Shown in pieces: positions 26,968 through 40,165 of a stretch of DNA of 64,000 nucleotides. The position numbers and the translations under genes are program-made. The notes below the pieces were generated by a model. That model worked only from the letters and a program-made list of their open reading frames with translations. It made no database searches and was not told where the DNA came from. Positions within the stretch are counted from its first letter, which is position 1; each line of letters opens with the position of its first letter. The stretch comes from Felis catus (lineage: Eukaryota): positions 106,518,001 through 106,582,000 of the forward strand of contig NC_058368.1 of the NCBI RefSeq assembly GCF_018350175.1, written 5' to 3'.

Positions 26968-27329
26968 TATGTGTATCTTTGGGGATTAAAAGTCAATACA
27001 AGGAAGAAACCCTATGCTGCTTACAAAGATCTGTGAATTTGAAGATTGCACTGAATTCACAAACAGCAGAGCCACAGGAGATGGATGGATAAGATGAAAA
27101 CTGAAAGAATGAGTTAACCAGCCAGAAATCTAGACTGAAGGGCTTGACACATTCACTTCATAATAGTTCTAGAAATAGGAACATGCATAAAGGCACAGAA
27201 GACATTTTTTAGACATTGAAATTATTAGAGGATAATACAAGATAATCTTTGTATGACCTTGAGGTGGGGAAGAATTTCTAGTAGAATCAAAATCAGAAAC
27301 CAATAATCTGATAACCCCCAAATGGTTTT

Positions 27330-27359
27330 TTTTGTTTTATTTTTTTAATGTCTTTTTAA

Positions 27360-27399
<40 letters not shown>

Positions 27400-27590
27400 T
27401 TGAGAGACAGCGAGAGAGAGACAGTACAAGCCAGGGAGGGGCAGAGAGATGGGGGGCAGAGGATCCAAAGTGGGTTCTGCACCGACAGCAGCAAGCCTCA
27501 AGTCTGATGCGGGGCTTGAATTTACAAACCATTACATCATGACCTGAGCTCCAGTTGGACACTCAACCAACTGAGTCAATCAGGCGCCCC
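27330..27590 (-). mobile_element. Can-SINE whose tail has expanded into a (TAA)n repeat
   Basis: CCCCCAAATGG(G)TTTTTT on both sides as TSD; (TTA)n at ~27362-27398. Confidence 0.93.
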
Positions 27591-27599
27591 CCCCCCAAA

Positions 27600-28960
27600 T
27601 GGGTTTTTTTAAATGTTTTTGCTGCTTTTGATATTTTCAATTGATGCTGTTCTCTTTTAGTTAACACAGGTCTTTGAAAAGTCACCAAACTTGTTTTATT
27701 TTTTTCTTTTCTTTGAGATTTAACAGCATTGTATTTCTATGTGGGATTTTCGTGAGATTTAGTAGAACTATTAACATTGTGGTTTTTACTTCATGGGTTA
27801 TGATATATAGGCATATATTTTAATTTTCATTTAAGCAGATTTTGTCATTTCCTTAGTAATTTTTTGACTTCTAGATTACTTAGACATACATTCTTTAGTT
27901 TATTTATTATTATTATTATCAGCTAGTTTTAGTTTTTAGTTGTTGATTTCTAGCTTAATTCCATTTGTACATATTGTGTGTGATTTAAGTTTTCTTAAAT
28001 TTATTTAAAGTTGTTTTGGGGACTATAATGAGGTTTTTCTTTGTGAACTTCCTGTGTAGGCTTGAAATGATTGTGTATTCTATGGTCTGGTGTGGTTTTG
28101 GTAAGCAGCAATTAGGAAATTGTGTGGAAATAAGTAATACTTACATAAATGGGTTAGAAAAAAGCTTAGGGTGGAAAGCCACCACCATGGGATGAAAGTG
28201 CCCAAAGTTAGGTAGCGAGTTACTGTAATGGGATCACAAGAAACTTGTTATATCACCTGCAGTAAATTACTTTCCATTTGGTGCCAATGTACCTTGTTTG
28301 CAAACTTAACTTGCCCTCCCCCCAGACCTTTTGCTTTTTATACACACAAGTTAATGATTACTGTTTGATTGTTTTCTCCACGGTCACCTGTGTAAGATCT
28401 TGTTTTTCTCACGTTCACCACATGGGTAATATCTTGTGAGCTCAATAAATTATGGAGATGAAATTCCTATTCATGGCTCTTCTCTCCTCCTGGGTCATTA
28501 GCCTCTCTCATATTCAATTCTGTGTCCACTCTCTTGCTGGACAAGAGAGAACTGCAGACTCATAGTCTGTGACAGGAAATATCAGTAGATTGTATTGTTA
28601 ATAACTTCTGCAATCTTAATTATCTTTGGTCTAACACTGAGAGTTTCATGCAGAAAGCCAAGCTGTGGTTCTGGATTCATCACTTACCCTTTTCAATTCT
28701 GTCAGTATTTTGAACCCTTGTGACTAGGTCCATACTTTTTGAGTACTTTATTTCTTCTTATCCATATATCATTATGAAATGACCTTTTCTATTCCTGGCT
28801 ATATTCTTGTCTTAAATTTTTCTTTAGGTTAATTTAACCATTCCTTCTCTCTCTCTCAAAATAAATTTAAAAAAAATTTAATTTAGCCATTCTAGGTTTC
28901 AGAGTGTGTATGGTATATATTTTGATTTACACATGAGATTTTGATGTGGCTTATTAGTAT
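27600..28960 (-). mobile_element. Decayed L1M ORF2 (endonuclease-region) fragments
   Basis: Antisense L1-like tracts such as TTGATTTCTAGCTTAATTCCATT and GCTTGAAATGATTGTGTATTCT; interrupted by other sequence. Confidence 0.5.
28844..28878 (+). mobile_element. Extremely 5'-truncated Can-SINE (tail only)
   Basis: CTTCTCTCTCTCTCAAAATAAATTTAAAAAAAA flanked by TAATTTA(A/G)CCATTC direct repeats. Confidence 0.75.
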
Positions 28961-28983
28961 GTATATTTATAAAACCAAATTAT

Positions 28984-29109
28984 GGGCACCTGGGTGGCTC
29001 ATTCAGTTAAGCATCCAACTTCAGGTCATGATCTTGCGGTTCGTGGGTTTGAGCCCTGTATTGGGCTCTGTGCTGACAGCTCAGAGCCTGAAGCTTGCTT
29101 TAGATTCTG

Positions 29110-29163
<54 letters not shown>

Positions 29164-29213
29164 CCTCCCTAACTCATACTGTGTCTCTCAAAAATGAATA
29201 AATTAAAAAAAAA
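28984..29213 (+). mobile_element. Can-SINE
   Basis: TSD AAAA(C/A)CAAATTAT; (CTGTCT)n(CT)n tract. Confidence 0.95.
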
Positions 29214-29432
29214 AACAAATTATATGAGGGCAATAGTAATACATGTTGAATCAATCACCAGTTTTTAAATATAATTACGAATTCTGTTAGAAAATAAAAA
29301 TATCAAAAGACACATAATAAATAAGATGAGAAATGTGGAAGCAATTTTTGAAACTGGGTGATCGGTATATGGGAGATCCTTATGTTATTTTTTCTACATG
29401 TTTCCTTTTTCGATTAAAATTTTAAAAAGACT

Positions 29433-29700
29433 GGGTGCCTGTGTGGCTCAGTCAGTTAAGTGTTTGACTCTTGATTTTGGCTCAGGTCAGGATCTCACAG
29501 TTGTGAGACTGAACCCCATGTCAGGCTCTGTGCTGAGCATGAAGCCTGCTTTGGATTCTCTCTCTCCCTCTCTCTCTCTGTCTCTCCCCCTCCCTCCCTC
29601 TCCCTCTCCTTCTCCCCACACCCCTCTCTCTCTCTCCCTCTCTCTCTGTCCCTTTGGACCCCTCCACTGCTCACTTGCACTCTCTTTAAAATAAAAAAAT
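29433..29700 (+). mobile_element. Can-SINE with expanded pyrimidine tract
   Basis: TSD AAAAGACT; about 110-bp C/T tract. Confidence 0.95.
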
Positions 29701-31203
29701 TAAAAGACTAATGGAAGATATGTAAATTAAAGATACATAATAAAAGATACAATAATACTAATTAGATTATAGCAAGTAGAAAACTGTTAAGTAGTACAAG
29801 TCAATAATAGGAAAATGACTTCTACTTTGAAGAAGCAGAACAAAATCAGTCAGAAAAAGAAAAGAATAAGATAAGATTTTTAAAAAGATTGTAAAAACAA
29901 ATTCAAAATAGTTCCCTTTAATGGGGAATTAAAAAATCAATTAATAAAGAGAAAAATAGGAAACATTGGTCAGTAAAATAATGAGAGGTCAAACTGATCC
30001 TACTAGGTTAGGAAAAAGTATAGGCTTTCACGAAGAATAGAACTTAAAGCACAAAAAGAAGAATAATATGTAAACAACCTTATTCTTAAAAAATAAATCC
30101 TATCTCCAGATATAATAAAAAAAAGCATACATTGTTGATAGTAGTTAAACATGACAACTTATGATCATTCTCTATTCGCCAAAACTTTGTACACAATATC
30201 TGTAATCCTCTCAAACTCTCTGCAAAGGCTGGGGGGTAGATTTATTCTTGAAGGAAACTCCCTTCACTATTCCAGTCCAAGGAATTTTTCCAAAGTTCAT
30301 CTGGTTAACTATAAATCCAGCTCAGCAAAACATAATGGTGCCCTTTATTTAAGCAAAAAGGTACTTGACAGAAATTTAGCCACTAAGTTAGGTATACTAC
30401 TCTTAATATAAACAAAGACATCTTCTATATCAAAAATAGTCAAACCATTCCATTAATCCAAAGTTTTTCTTATCCTTTTGTGGGGGGGGGGGGTAGTTAG
30501 TCTGATAGTATCAAAGTCAGAAGCAAGAATAGCATGATGATTTCCTCTCCTCTAGGGTATCACAGTCTTAAAGAGTTGGCTTACAAACAAATTGCCATTG
30601 CAGACTAGATGTATGTCTACATCTAGTAAACATAGTGTTTACTACACTCTGTCTGCATTGTAGTAGAACATTAACAAGTATTATACTCGTGTTTGCTTTC
30701 TAATAGACCAAGCTTGTCAGCTGTAAGGACTTATTCTTGGCATCTTCTTGTTTTAAGTTGTTTGGCTTTTCCTTCGGTTCCATTTTTTTCATAGGGTCTA
30801 GAATGGTGCATGTGTTAATGAAGTAGTATTCCTCTAATCCCGTTTTTCTGATTAGTGTAAATTAAATGTCAAATGGTTCTTTCCTTGTATAGAGACATTA
30901 AATCATTTTGCTGTTAAGAATATACTTCTATAAATTAAGAAATTATGCATCTGGAAAATGGACTCTTCCTATATGAAGATACAACTTACCAAAAAAAAAA
31001 AAAAAAAAACGACTAACATAAAGTATCATAATTATACCTAGAAATTTATTACTAACTTTAACATAATTGTAAATTAATCCTTTTTATTTTTACAAAACAA
31101 AGTAAATTCTCTCAATATAAAATAATCTGCCTATATGGAGTAGCTAGTTTTCCACCACGACTTTTTATATCTTGATTTCTTTGTCTTTATCCCTCTCTCA
31201 GTA

Positions 31204-31270
31204 ACACACACACACACACACACACACACGCACCCCCCCCCCCCCACAAACACACACACTTTTTTTTTTT
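31204..31270. repeat. Compound (CA)n / poly-C / (CA)n / poly-T repeat
   Basis: Directly visible. Confidence 0.9.
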
Positions 31271-31419
31271 TGGAGCTTTGAAAAAACATTCACCATCTTC
31301 TTTACATTATTACTATCTTTCTTTCTTGGTTTTATTTATTCATTACATGTTAGTATAAAAATCTATGGTGGATTTTTTCAAAGATTTTAAGGAATATCAG
31401 GATAGTAATCTGAAAAAAA

Positions 31420-31626
31420 TTTTAAATGTTTATGTATTTATTTTGAGAGAGAGTGAGCTCACACATGAGTGGTGGAGGGGCAGAGAGAGGGAGAGAGAAT
31501 CCCAGTATGCTCCATGCTGTTAGCACAGAGTCCTACACAGGAACTTGAACTCATGAACTATGACAGCATGACCTGAGTAGAAATCAAGAGTCAGATGCTT
31601 AACTGACTGAGCCACCCAAGTGTGCC
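31420..31626 (-). mobile_element. Can-SINE
   Basis: Typical antisense body; ATCTGAAA on both flanks. Confidence 0.93.
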
Positions 31627-32569
31627 ATGATCTGAAATTTTAATCCAACCTAAAAACATATAAGCATATTAATATTCTATAGCATTAGAATACACTATGG
31701 TTAATCTCCTAAGTGCTTTATGGGTGAGAATTTGATTTTTTATATTACTTTCATAAGACATTTTATTTTCTGTTGTATCTGCAACTAAAGTTGAGTCATT
31801 CTGAGATTTTGCTAAACCTGGATAAATTTGTTGTTTGTTCTAAAATGAGTATTAAGATATCTCATGTAGAGTAAATCATGTTTTGTGCCATGATGGCTCT
31901 GATGGTAATTATATAACCCCTCTTTTGCTAGCTTTTTAATATCATTTATATTACAAAGCTGTACAAAAGTAGAAAAAATGCTGTAGAATGATTTTGTCAC
32001 CTGTACTAAATCAGTTAAAATGTATAGCCATAAGAAACAAATGATCCTGGAAATAAAATAGTTCAGAGCGTCATATAAGAGCAAGAGCTCAATAAGTAGG
32101 TGGGGGCAAAGAGAAAAACAAAAAACTGGGATAAGTTCTGTTCTACAATATTTCAGAAAATACAGAGACAGATAGTCTAGCAAATTGGAAAAATAAAACA
32201 TTCTCAAGGAGACAAAGATAATACATTTTCAAAATACAAAAATAAGAATAGAATTTTGCCCTGTTGATTTACACTTGTCAATGGATTCATGTAAAATGTT
32301 TCAAACCTGTGTTGATTTTTGTCTTCTGGGTCCTGTAAATCTATGTCACAGTCACCGTGACCTGTGAGAGTAGTATTATTTTGTGTGTAAAAGACACATC
32401 TTGACAGTATTATGCTTATTTTTCTGGACTTTTTTTCTCATTATGTGAACATTTTTCTCCTTTTCCTCTTATTATTGCCTGTCCATTTACATCTGTATAT
32501 TTCGTTCAAGTACAATGAAAAATAAGACTGATATGACCTGTCCTAGTAAAACATGTACTCTAGTGAGAC

Positions 32570-32788
32570 TTTTTTTTTTTTTTGGCATTTATTTATTTTT
32601 GAGAGAGAGAGAGAGAGAGAGAGCGAGCATGAGTGGGGAAGGGACAGAGAGGGAGACACAGAATCCCAAGCAGACTCCAGGCTCTGAGCTGTCAGCACAG
32701 AGACCAATGTGGGGCTCAAACTCACGAAATGTGAGATCATGACCTGAGCCGAAGTCAGAGACTTAACTGACTGAGCCACCCAGGCGCC
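32570..32788 (-). mobile_element. Can-SINE
   Basis: TSD ACT(C/T)TAGTGAGAC at 32557-32569 and 32789-32801. Confidence 0.96.
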
Positions 32789-33099
32789 ACTTTAGTGAGA
32801 CATTTTTTAAAAAGAATATGCTAACAGATTAGTTATATGTCACAACACTATAATAAGCTTTTGTCCAACAGGGGAGAAAGCTAAATAGAGCACATTTCAG
32901 GGAATTTAATATTGAAATAAAAAACCCACTGTACCTAATGGTGATGAAAAATGAATTAAAGTAAGAAAACCATGGGCCAAAAACCTTGTAAACATGCTCA
33001 CCTTCACTGGGAATTTTGGATCTTTAGATTTAGAAATAGTGTTTTTTTTCCCCCATAAATTTGGCAAAAATTAATAAGCCTGATATGAAAAAATAGAAG

Positions 33100-33217
33100 G
33101 CAGATGATAGCTACACCTGTGGTGAGCAGTCTATGGCACAGAGTTGTTTAATCACCATGTTATACACCTGGAAGTAATGTAACAACGTATGTCAGCTATA
33201 CTTCCATTGAAAGAAGT
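33100..33217 (+). mobile_element. Short L1 3'-UTR terminus insertion
   Basis: GATGATAGCTACAC..GTGGTGAGCA...TATACACCTGGAAGTAATGTAACA..GTATGTCAGCTATACTTC resembles an L1 3' end; TSD AAAATAGAAG at 33090-33099 and 33218-33227. Confidence 0.75.
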
Positions 33218-34247
33218 AAAATAGAAGTCTTGACTGCCCGTGAGAGACTAATGATTACATCAACTTCAAGAACGAAGTGGCTAATCTAAATACGTTGAAA
33301 ACGAACATAACCTCTGACCTAGCAGTTCTGTATGCAGGTGTATAATCTAGAAAACTCTCTTACTCATATATGTGTTGAGGTGTATCCACACAATTTATTA
33401 GCGGGAACGGTATATATTTGCCAATATTTAACTGATGAAACTCACAAATAAAATTGAAGTGAATGTACATGTTGACTGATAAATCTAAAACACAAGAGAT
33501 TGAAAAAAATTGGTTGCCAATCAAGTATAAGTTACGACTTTTAAAATTTGAAAAAGAAAATGAAAATTTAAACGTGTACAGCAGCCCTAGGTGGTATTTA
33601 TGGACATGTACCATGTCTATTTACTCTATATGGTAAAATTACAAAAACCCTAAAGAGTGGAGAACACATACACTGCTCCAAACACTGATTTTCTCTAATA
33701 TATTGGGGCTAGAGTTGAATGAAACACCAAGAAGTGTTTGCTTCTGAGTATTTATGACATGAATGTAACTCAAGTGCATAATGCCCGACTACTAGTTTGC
33801 AATCTACCATGTAAGTGCGTTCAAAGTGGCTAATCCATCCTAATAAGTAAAAGGCTGAACTACCTGAAAAACTGGCAACTCTTCTTAGATTTGTTGAAGT
33901 GAGATTACAGAGTAAACCACTGTTCCTGATGACTGAGAGACAGGCAGATACAGAGAATCACAACAGATTAGAAATCCATGAGCAGAAAAACCTCTGTAGA
34001 AACCAGTACCAGGGTGAAGAAAGCCTGAAGTGTAATTAATGAATTGCTTGAAGACTCATTGTGGACGTCCGAGTTGAAACTCCAGATCTCCCAAAGTTTT
34101 GTGAACTTTGTCTCCTAGCGCCTTTCAGGTTCTTCAAGTGAATGTCAGAAAACAATCCTACTGGCAGGGAGAAGGCAAGAGTAACTTTTGGAACATGCCA
34201 GAGTATTCCAGTTTTGACAAACACCTGCTCTCAAGAGAAGCTGTTTT

Positions 34248-34470
34248 TTTTTTTTAATTTTTTTTTTCAACGTTTATTTATTTTTGGGACAGAGAGAGAC
34301 AGAGCATGAACGGGGGAGGGGCAGAGAGAGAGGGAGACACAGAATCGGAAACAGGCTCCAGGCTCTGAGCCATCAGCCCAGAGCCTGACGCGGGGCTCTA
34401 ACCCACGGACCGCGAGATCGTGACCTGGCTGAAGTCGGACGCTTAGCCGACTGCGCCACCCAGGCGCCCC
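34248..34470 (-). mobile_element. Young felid SINE (CpG-rich)
   Basis: Many intact CpGs; perfect 15-bp TSD AAGAGAAGCTGTTTT at 34233-34247 and 34471-34485. Confidence 0.98.
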
Positions 34471-34746
34471 AAGAGAAGCTGTTTTAATAGAACCTTAAAT
34501 TGTTGGGATTTTATTGCAGCCTAGCATTTCTGGGAAAAGGGAAATGCCTGCCTCTATCGCCTGGACTGAGAAACACTTGCACTAAAAGAGGAGAATTAAT
34601 CATAGGACATAGAACTCATCCTCTCCCATCACACCTTGGCACCACATTACTAAAGGTCTATATACGGGATTTACTTTTACTCAGTTTATTATGCTGACTT
34701 GCAACAAAAAATTACAAGACAGATTAATAGTCAGAAAACACAGGTT

Positions 34747-34892
34747 AGGGTTGGCTAGATGGCATAGTCGGTTAAGCGTCCAGCTCTTGGTTTCGACTCA
34801 GGTTATGTTCTCAGGGTTCTGGAGATTGAGCACCCCCGCCTCTGCCCCTCCCCTGCTTCCGTGTGTTCTCACTTTCTCACTCTCAAAATAAG
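34747..34892 (+). mobile_element. Can-SINE, diverged, with internal deletion
   Basis: AGTCGGTTAAGCGTCC..CTCTTGGTTTCG.CTCAGG head joined directly to CTCTGCCCCTCCCCTGC and tail. Confidence 0.85.
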
Positions 34893-36074
34893 TCAAAGGT
34901 TTTACAAACACACACACTATTTAAAGGACAAGACAAATACCAGAGCAAGACTTTGATAAGGCAGGAATTTGGGAATTATCAGACCTTGAATTTAGGTCAA
35001 TTATCATTAATATGATAAGGGCTCTAGGAGATAAGTAAAAAAGATGAAAGAACAGATTGGAATGTAATCAAAGAAATGGAAATTCTAAGAAAGAATCAAG
35101 TATATTGTGTGTTAAGTGCCCCAGGAGATGATCAGTAAAGCATGTTCTGCTTCTAGTTGCCATTCAGTTTGATTGTGTTATAAGACTTCCAAACCCCCCT
35201 TTTTGCATATCATGGGGCAAATCACCGAATTTATGTGGCTGCTATATCATGGCCACAGTCACCATTTTCCATATCCAATTCCTTGAATCAATGTTTATGT
35301 TGCATCCCGTATACATTTAAACCTAGTAACATTTTTTTAAAAAGTATACAGAACAGGTAATGATGATATGCTGCAGGTAGTTACCTTAACAGGCAGCATC
35401 CTTATTTAGAGAAATACAATGAATGTATCAGCTCCCAGCTTCCAGAAACAGCATGTGCACTTCAGTGCAAATCTAGGAAAATCAAAACCAAAACCAAAAC
35501 CAAAACACACAGTCCAAATGGTAACTCTCAAGTGCCGTGACTCAGGCAGGCCCTCAGTTAGGGTTACTATCATCATCATCATCATCAAGACATACTGTTG
35601 ATGTCTTTCCTTTACCATCCAAAGAGACTTCTAGGGTAAATCTAAAAATCAACTTCAAAGATACTTAGCAGCAGAAAACAAATCCAGAGTTTTTGTCTAG
35701 CAATGGCCATAAATTGGCCTACTTTTGAAAGGAACAACTAGGAAAATGACTCTTCTGAGATGCTGTCTTTCTTTAAGACCTGATTACCAGGGTAAATAAT
35801 CACTTCTCTTCGGAAAAGAATTTCCCATTAGTTTGCGTGTTTCTTGGTTAAGATTTCATTTACTACCTGTTTTAATCCAGGCTCATCCGCATGGCAGGAA
35901 TAGCTTCCTTTGTGTACAAACACAGATTTTAAAAAATGCAATGGGACAATTTCAGTAACTAGACAGTGAGGCTGCACGCAGAGGAAATCCAAGTTGAACA
36001 ATACAAAATGAACACAGTAGCCATCATTCCCTTAAGAATGTACACAATTCAGAGGAATTAATTCAGCAATATTA

Positions 36075-36698
36075 TTTTATTTATTTTTATGGAGGTATGG
36101 TTGACATACAATGTTACATTAGTTTCAGGTGTACAACGTAGTGATTCAACAAGTTAACATGCTGTGCTCATAAATACAGCTACTGTCTGACACCGTACAA
36201 GGTGATTATAATACCGTTGACTGTACTCCCAATGCTGTGACTTTTATTCCCATGATTTACTCATTTCATAACCGGAAGTCTCTACCTCCAAATTCCCTCA
36301 ACCCATTTTTCTCATCCTCTCCTTCCCTACTCCTCTGGGAACCATCACTTTGTTCTCTGCTTAGGGATTTATTTCAGCTTTTGTTTGTTTGCTTATTCAT
36401 ATGTTTTTTAGATTCCACATATAAGTGAAATTATATGGTATTTATTTCTCTGCGATACTTTTTCATGTGGCACCATACCCTCTAGGTCCATCCATGTTGT
36501 CACAAATAGCGAGATTTCATCATTTTTTATAGCTGTGTAGTCTTCCATTATATGTAAGTATGTGTATATATATGCATATATACATATACCACATAATTTT
36601 ATCCATTCATCTATGGATGGACACATGCTTCCATACATTGGCTATTGTAAATATTGCTGTAGTAAACATAGGGGTGTGTATATATTTTCAAATTAGCG
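36075..36698 (-). mobile_element. L1 3' end (ORF2 C-terminus and 3'UTR)
   Basis: Minus-strand translation CPSIDEWIK and AIKNDEISLFVTTWMDLEG; T-rich tail at ~36075. Confidence 0.9.
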
Positions 36699-38678
36699 TT
36701 CAAGCCGTTTATTTTGAATATGAAAAGGGACATAAATCCATAAGATTTGACGCTTTTTAGTAAAAGGTGTACCTTTGTTGAATAAAATGTAGCCTGAGAC
36801 CAAATTGATAACCATTCTGTTCCAAAAATTTTACAGTATTTTTAGCTATTGCTTCCTTTCCAGGGTAAGTGAAGCCCAAAGTACAAAAATGACATGGAAA
36901 ACATTTCTATTCTGGTCAGAATTCATTTGAAACCACTTGTTGTTACTGGTAAGAGTCCTCAGTATCTTGCTGCGAGCTCTGGTCAGCTCTTACCTCTGGG
37001 AAATCTCACACATCTTCATTTCCTGCTGCTATTCTGTATAATCTTTCATGACATTAGCAGGTTCATGATGTTGTGAACAAGTATGTAGTTATTCCACACA
37101 ATGTTTCAGAGTTTGAGCACTTCCTGGCCCAATTGTTTGAGATACACATTTCACTAACATCTAAGATTCAAGCCAAGTCATCAGATTTTGCCTCCCAGTT
37201 CATTTTTGAGCCTGTAGTTGAATTTTTCTGTTGACTAGCTACATGGATTCGCTTTAATTCTCTCTTAGAATTCCTAGAGCATTTTCCTAACTACACTGCC
37301 CACACAGTTGTATTTGTAATTGCACAATCATCTAAGGTGCATTTTCCTGACCACAGGGCACGGTAGCTGGCCATTGCCCATGAGTCCACAAAAACAAAAC
37401 ATTTTTTTCAGTAAGAACCCAGTTGTTTTGAACTGCCAGGTATACTCCCCTCAATCCTGCCTATTGCTTATCCTTCCCCTTGGCCTCAGCAACTTTTTTT
37501 ATCAAATGCAAGAAAAACATTGACAGACTTCCAAACTGCACCGTATGTCTGAACTCAGGAACTTCGATTAGACAGAACAACATTTGTTATCCTTTAATAT
37601 GAGAAAATCTGAGCGTTTAGGAGCTGACAGTTCTGGAAATTCTGTCATTAGTTCCAAAAAGAGGGCTACAACCCTTTTCTGGGAGATCTCCCTAATCAAT
37701 TCTTCCTCTACCAGAACCTCCACAGACCACAGTCCCTACCGGGAACATGTTCCTATATGTATATTTTTCCATCTTATCAATTAACTCTAGTGAATAGCAA
37801 TGTGTTTCTGATATTATTACATAATAGGTATTTCAGGTCTCAGAATAATTTGTTGTCTGTCAGTGGTGGGAGATCTCCACCAAAGCCTTCTAGTCGGCTA
37901 TTATTTATTCTCAAAGGGATTTATCTAGCTATAATGTCAGGCACTTTGGGAATCTTCTAGTGCAGGGGTGACTTCTGGGGAACAGTGTTAGACTTTTTCC
38001 AGAGACCTCAATTTTTGAGTTCATGAAGGAGATACTGGCTCACCTTCACAAATTATTGTGATAAAAACTTAACATGGTTAGCACCAGTAATGGAAGAAGA
38101 TATTGAATGTAGGTTGTGTGTGTGTGGGGGGGGGGGGGAGTCATATTTTTTAATTAACTTTGAAATGGATGGGAAAATATTGGGAAAATTTATAACACCA
38201 TATGAAAATATTGACTTGGTGGATACTTCGCATACTTTAATGCAATTTAGTCCTTCATGTACACCTTTCTACATATATTTGATCTTTCATAAAGCAAATA
38301 TACATTTCCATTCACTATGAAGTCACTAACAACCATTCTTCGTACAAAGAGAGATGCTCCCAGCACCTGCCTAACAGAGAGACTCATGTCTCACTAGTCA
38401 TTTTAGCCCTCTTTGGATAGCTGCCCTGATAGACATCCGCAGGCAAAATTAATTCCTTCTTGATTTAGTAATGTTCTCACCTGAATGCTACCAATGTAAA
38501 CACCCAATGATGTTAATCACCACATTATATAAAATGAGAGACAAGGAAGATATAATTATATATTTTATAAATGTGTATGTATAATATTCAGTATGCACAT
38601 TTGTGTGTTCATCATTTTAGTCCAGAGACTTTGGATTAGGAAAGATCCATAGCTGCTTTTCTCTGTCCACATTTCCTT

Positions 38679-38903
38679 TTTGTCTTTTTGTAATTTTTTT
38701 TTAATGTTTATTTTTGACAGAGAGACAGAGACAGAGCACAAGTGGGGAAGGGACAGAGAGAGAAGGAGACAAAGAATCCGAAGCAGACCACAGGCTCTGA
38801 GTGGTCAGCACAGAGCCCAATGTGGGGCTTGAACTCAGGAACTGTGAGATGATGACTTGAGCCGAATTTGGACGTTTAACAGACTGAGCCACTCAGACGA
38901 CCC
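38679..38903 (-). mobile_element. Can-SINE
   Basis: TSD TGTCCACATTTCCTT at 38664-38678 and 38904-38918. Confidence 0.96.
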
Positions 38904-39919
38904 TGTCCACATTTCCTTGTATTTGAGGTAAAAAGGATTTTCCAAGTCCTAGGCCTGTTCATGCTAACTTCAAACCCACCAGAAGTCTAAAATGACCTAC
39001 AGCTCCTCCCTCTCCTACTAGGGAAAATTTATAGGCTTTATTTCCTACCAAACACGTTTGCCATTCCTATATCATTTCATGGTATAATCACTTTATCGTT
39101 ATACGATAATGATTATTTTGAACATCCCCAGCAACCGACAAGACTTCTAAAAGCCTAGGAGATAAAATACTTGAAAGCGTGTGAAATGTGTACAACTGAC
39201 TGTCCCGAGAACGAAGAGTTATAAAACTGGATTTTAAAAACTTTCTCATCAAGATCTTTCAAAGATTCTCCTTTAAAAAGGACTGTTGGTGATGTTGTTG
39301 ATAGCTGCAGCAGGCCGGGAAGGAGACGATTTCAAAATATTTGTGTTCTGACCACAGATTTTGGAGGAACTCCACAATTTCCTTTTCAAACACTCAGAAT
39401 GCCTGTATGGGAATAAAAAAAGAATATGGTCATCTGGGAAAAATCAGACTTGGCCAAATGCAGGAGAGGGATGACTGAAAGTAGGTCACTTGACTAATAG
39501 CTTGAGGGGCAACCTGTATTTTTTTCTCCTCTTCTAGAATAAGAAGGAATGAAGAATCCCAGCTGAACATGTGCTTAAATAAATAAAACAAATGAAATTT
39601 ACCTCTTGGCTTGTGGTCATCTGATCTTCATTATGTTGGGAAAACACAAACACTGTCTCATACTGCTGCTGTCTTTTCCCCCATTCTGATCCAAGTGCAC
39701 AGTATACAGTTGAAGGAGGTAGACTTCATGTTAATTTTAAATCGATGGGACCACAATCTTCTAGACAGCATAAGAAATTCTTTAGGGATTCCCCTAGATG
39801 GATTATACTGAATCATTACTTGATCAAGAGACTGATAGGAATTTTTTTTAGTTTCAAAATCTAATACTAAAACATAGAAATCTCCAAAATAATTTTTATG
39901 CTAACATTATTTTAACATT

Positions 39920-39993
39920 TTGGTTTGTGTTTTTAAGTTGATTTATTTATTTTGAGAGAGAGACCAAGGGAGGGGTGGAGGGAGGGAGGGAGG

Positions 39994-40039
<46 letters not shown>

Positions 40040-40165
40040 CTCAAGCGGGATCCACACTGTCAGCGCAAAGCCCCATGTGGGGCTTGAACTCACGAATCCT
40101 GAGATGATGACATGAGCAGAAATCAAGAGTCCGGTGATTAACTGACTGAGCCACCCAGATGCCCC
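39920..40165 (-). mobile_element. Can-SINE with long (CT)n
   Basis: Typical antisense body; (GA)n at ~39996-40037. Confidence 0.95.

Larger units (their letters stand above)
33830..35100 (+). mobile_element. Old L1M 5'UTR plus ORF1 N-terminal remnant, interrupted by two SINEs
   Basis: 34960-35100 translates as GIWELSDLEFRSIIINMIRAL...KEMEILRKNQ, similar to the L1M ORF1 N-terminus. Confidence 0.7.

Noticed and set aside
39603..39770. Possible minus-strand coding exon ending GAG|GTAAAT
   Set aside because: The longest frame hits a stop after the 5-C run at ~39678-39682, and the acceptor is weak.
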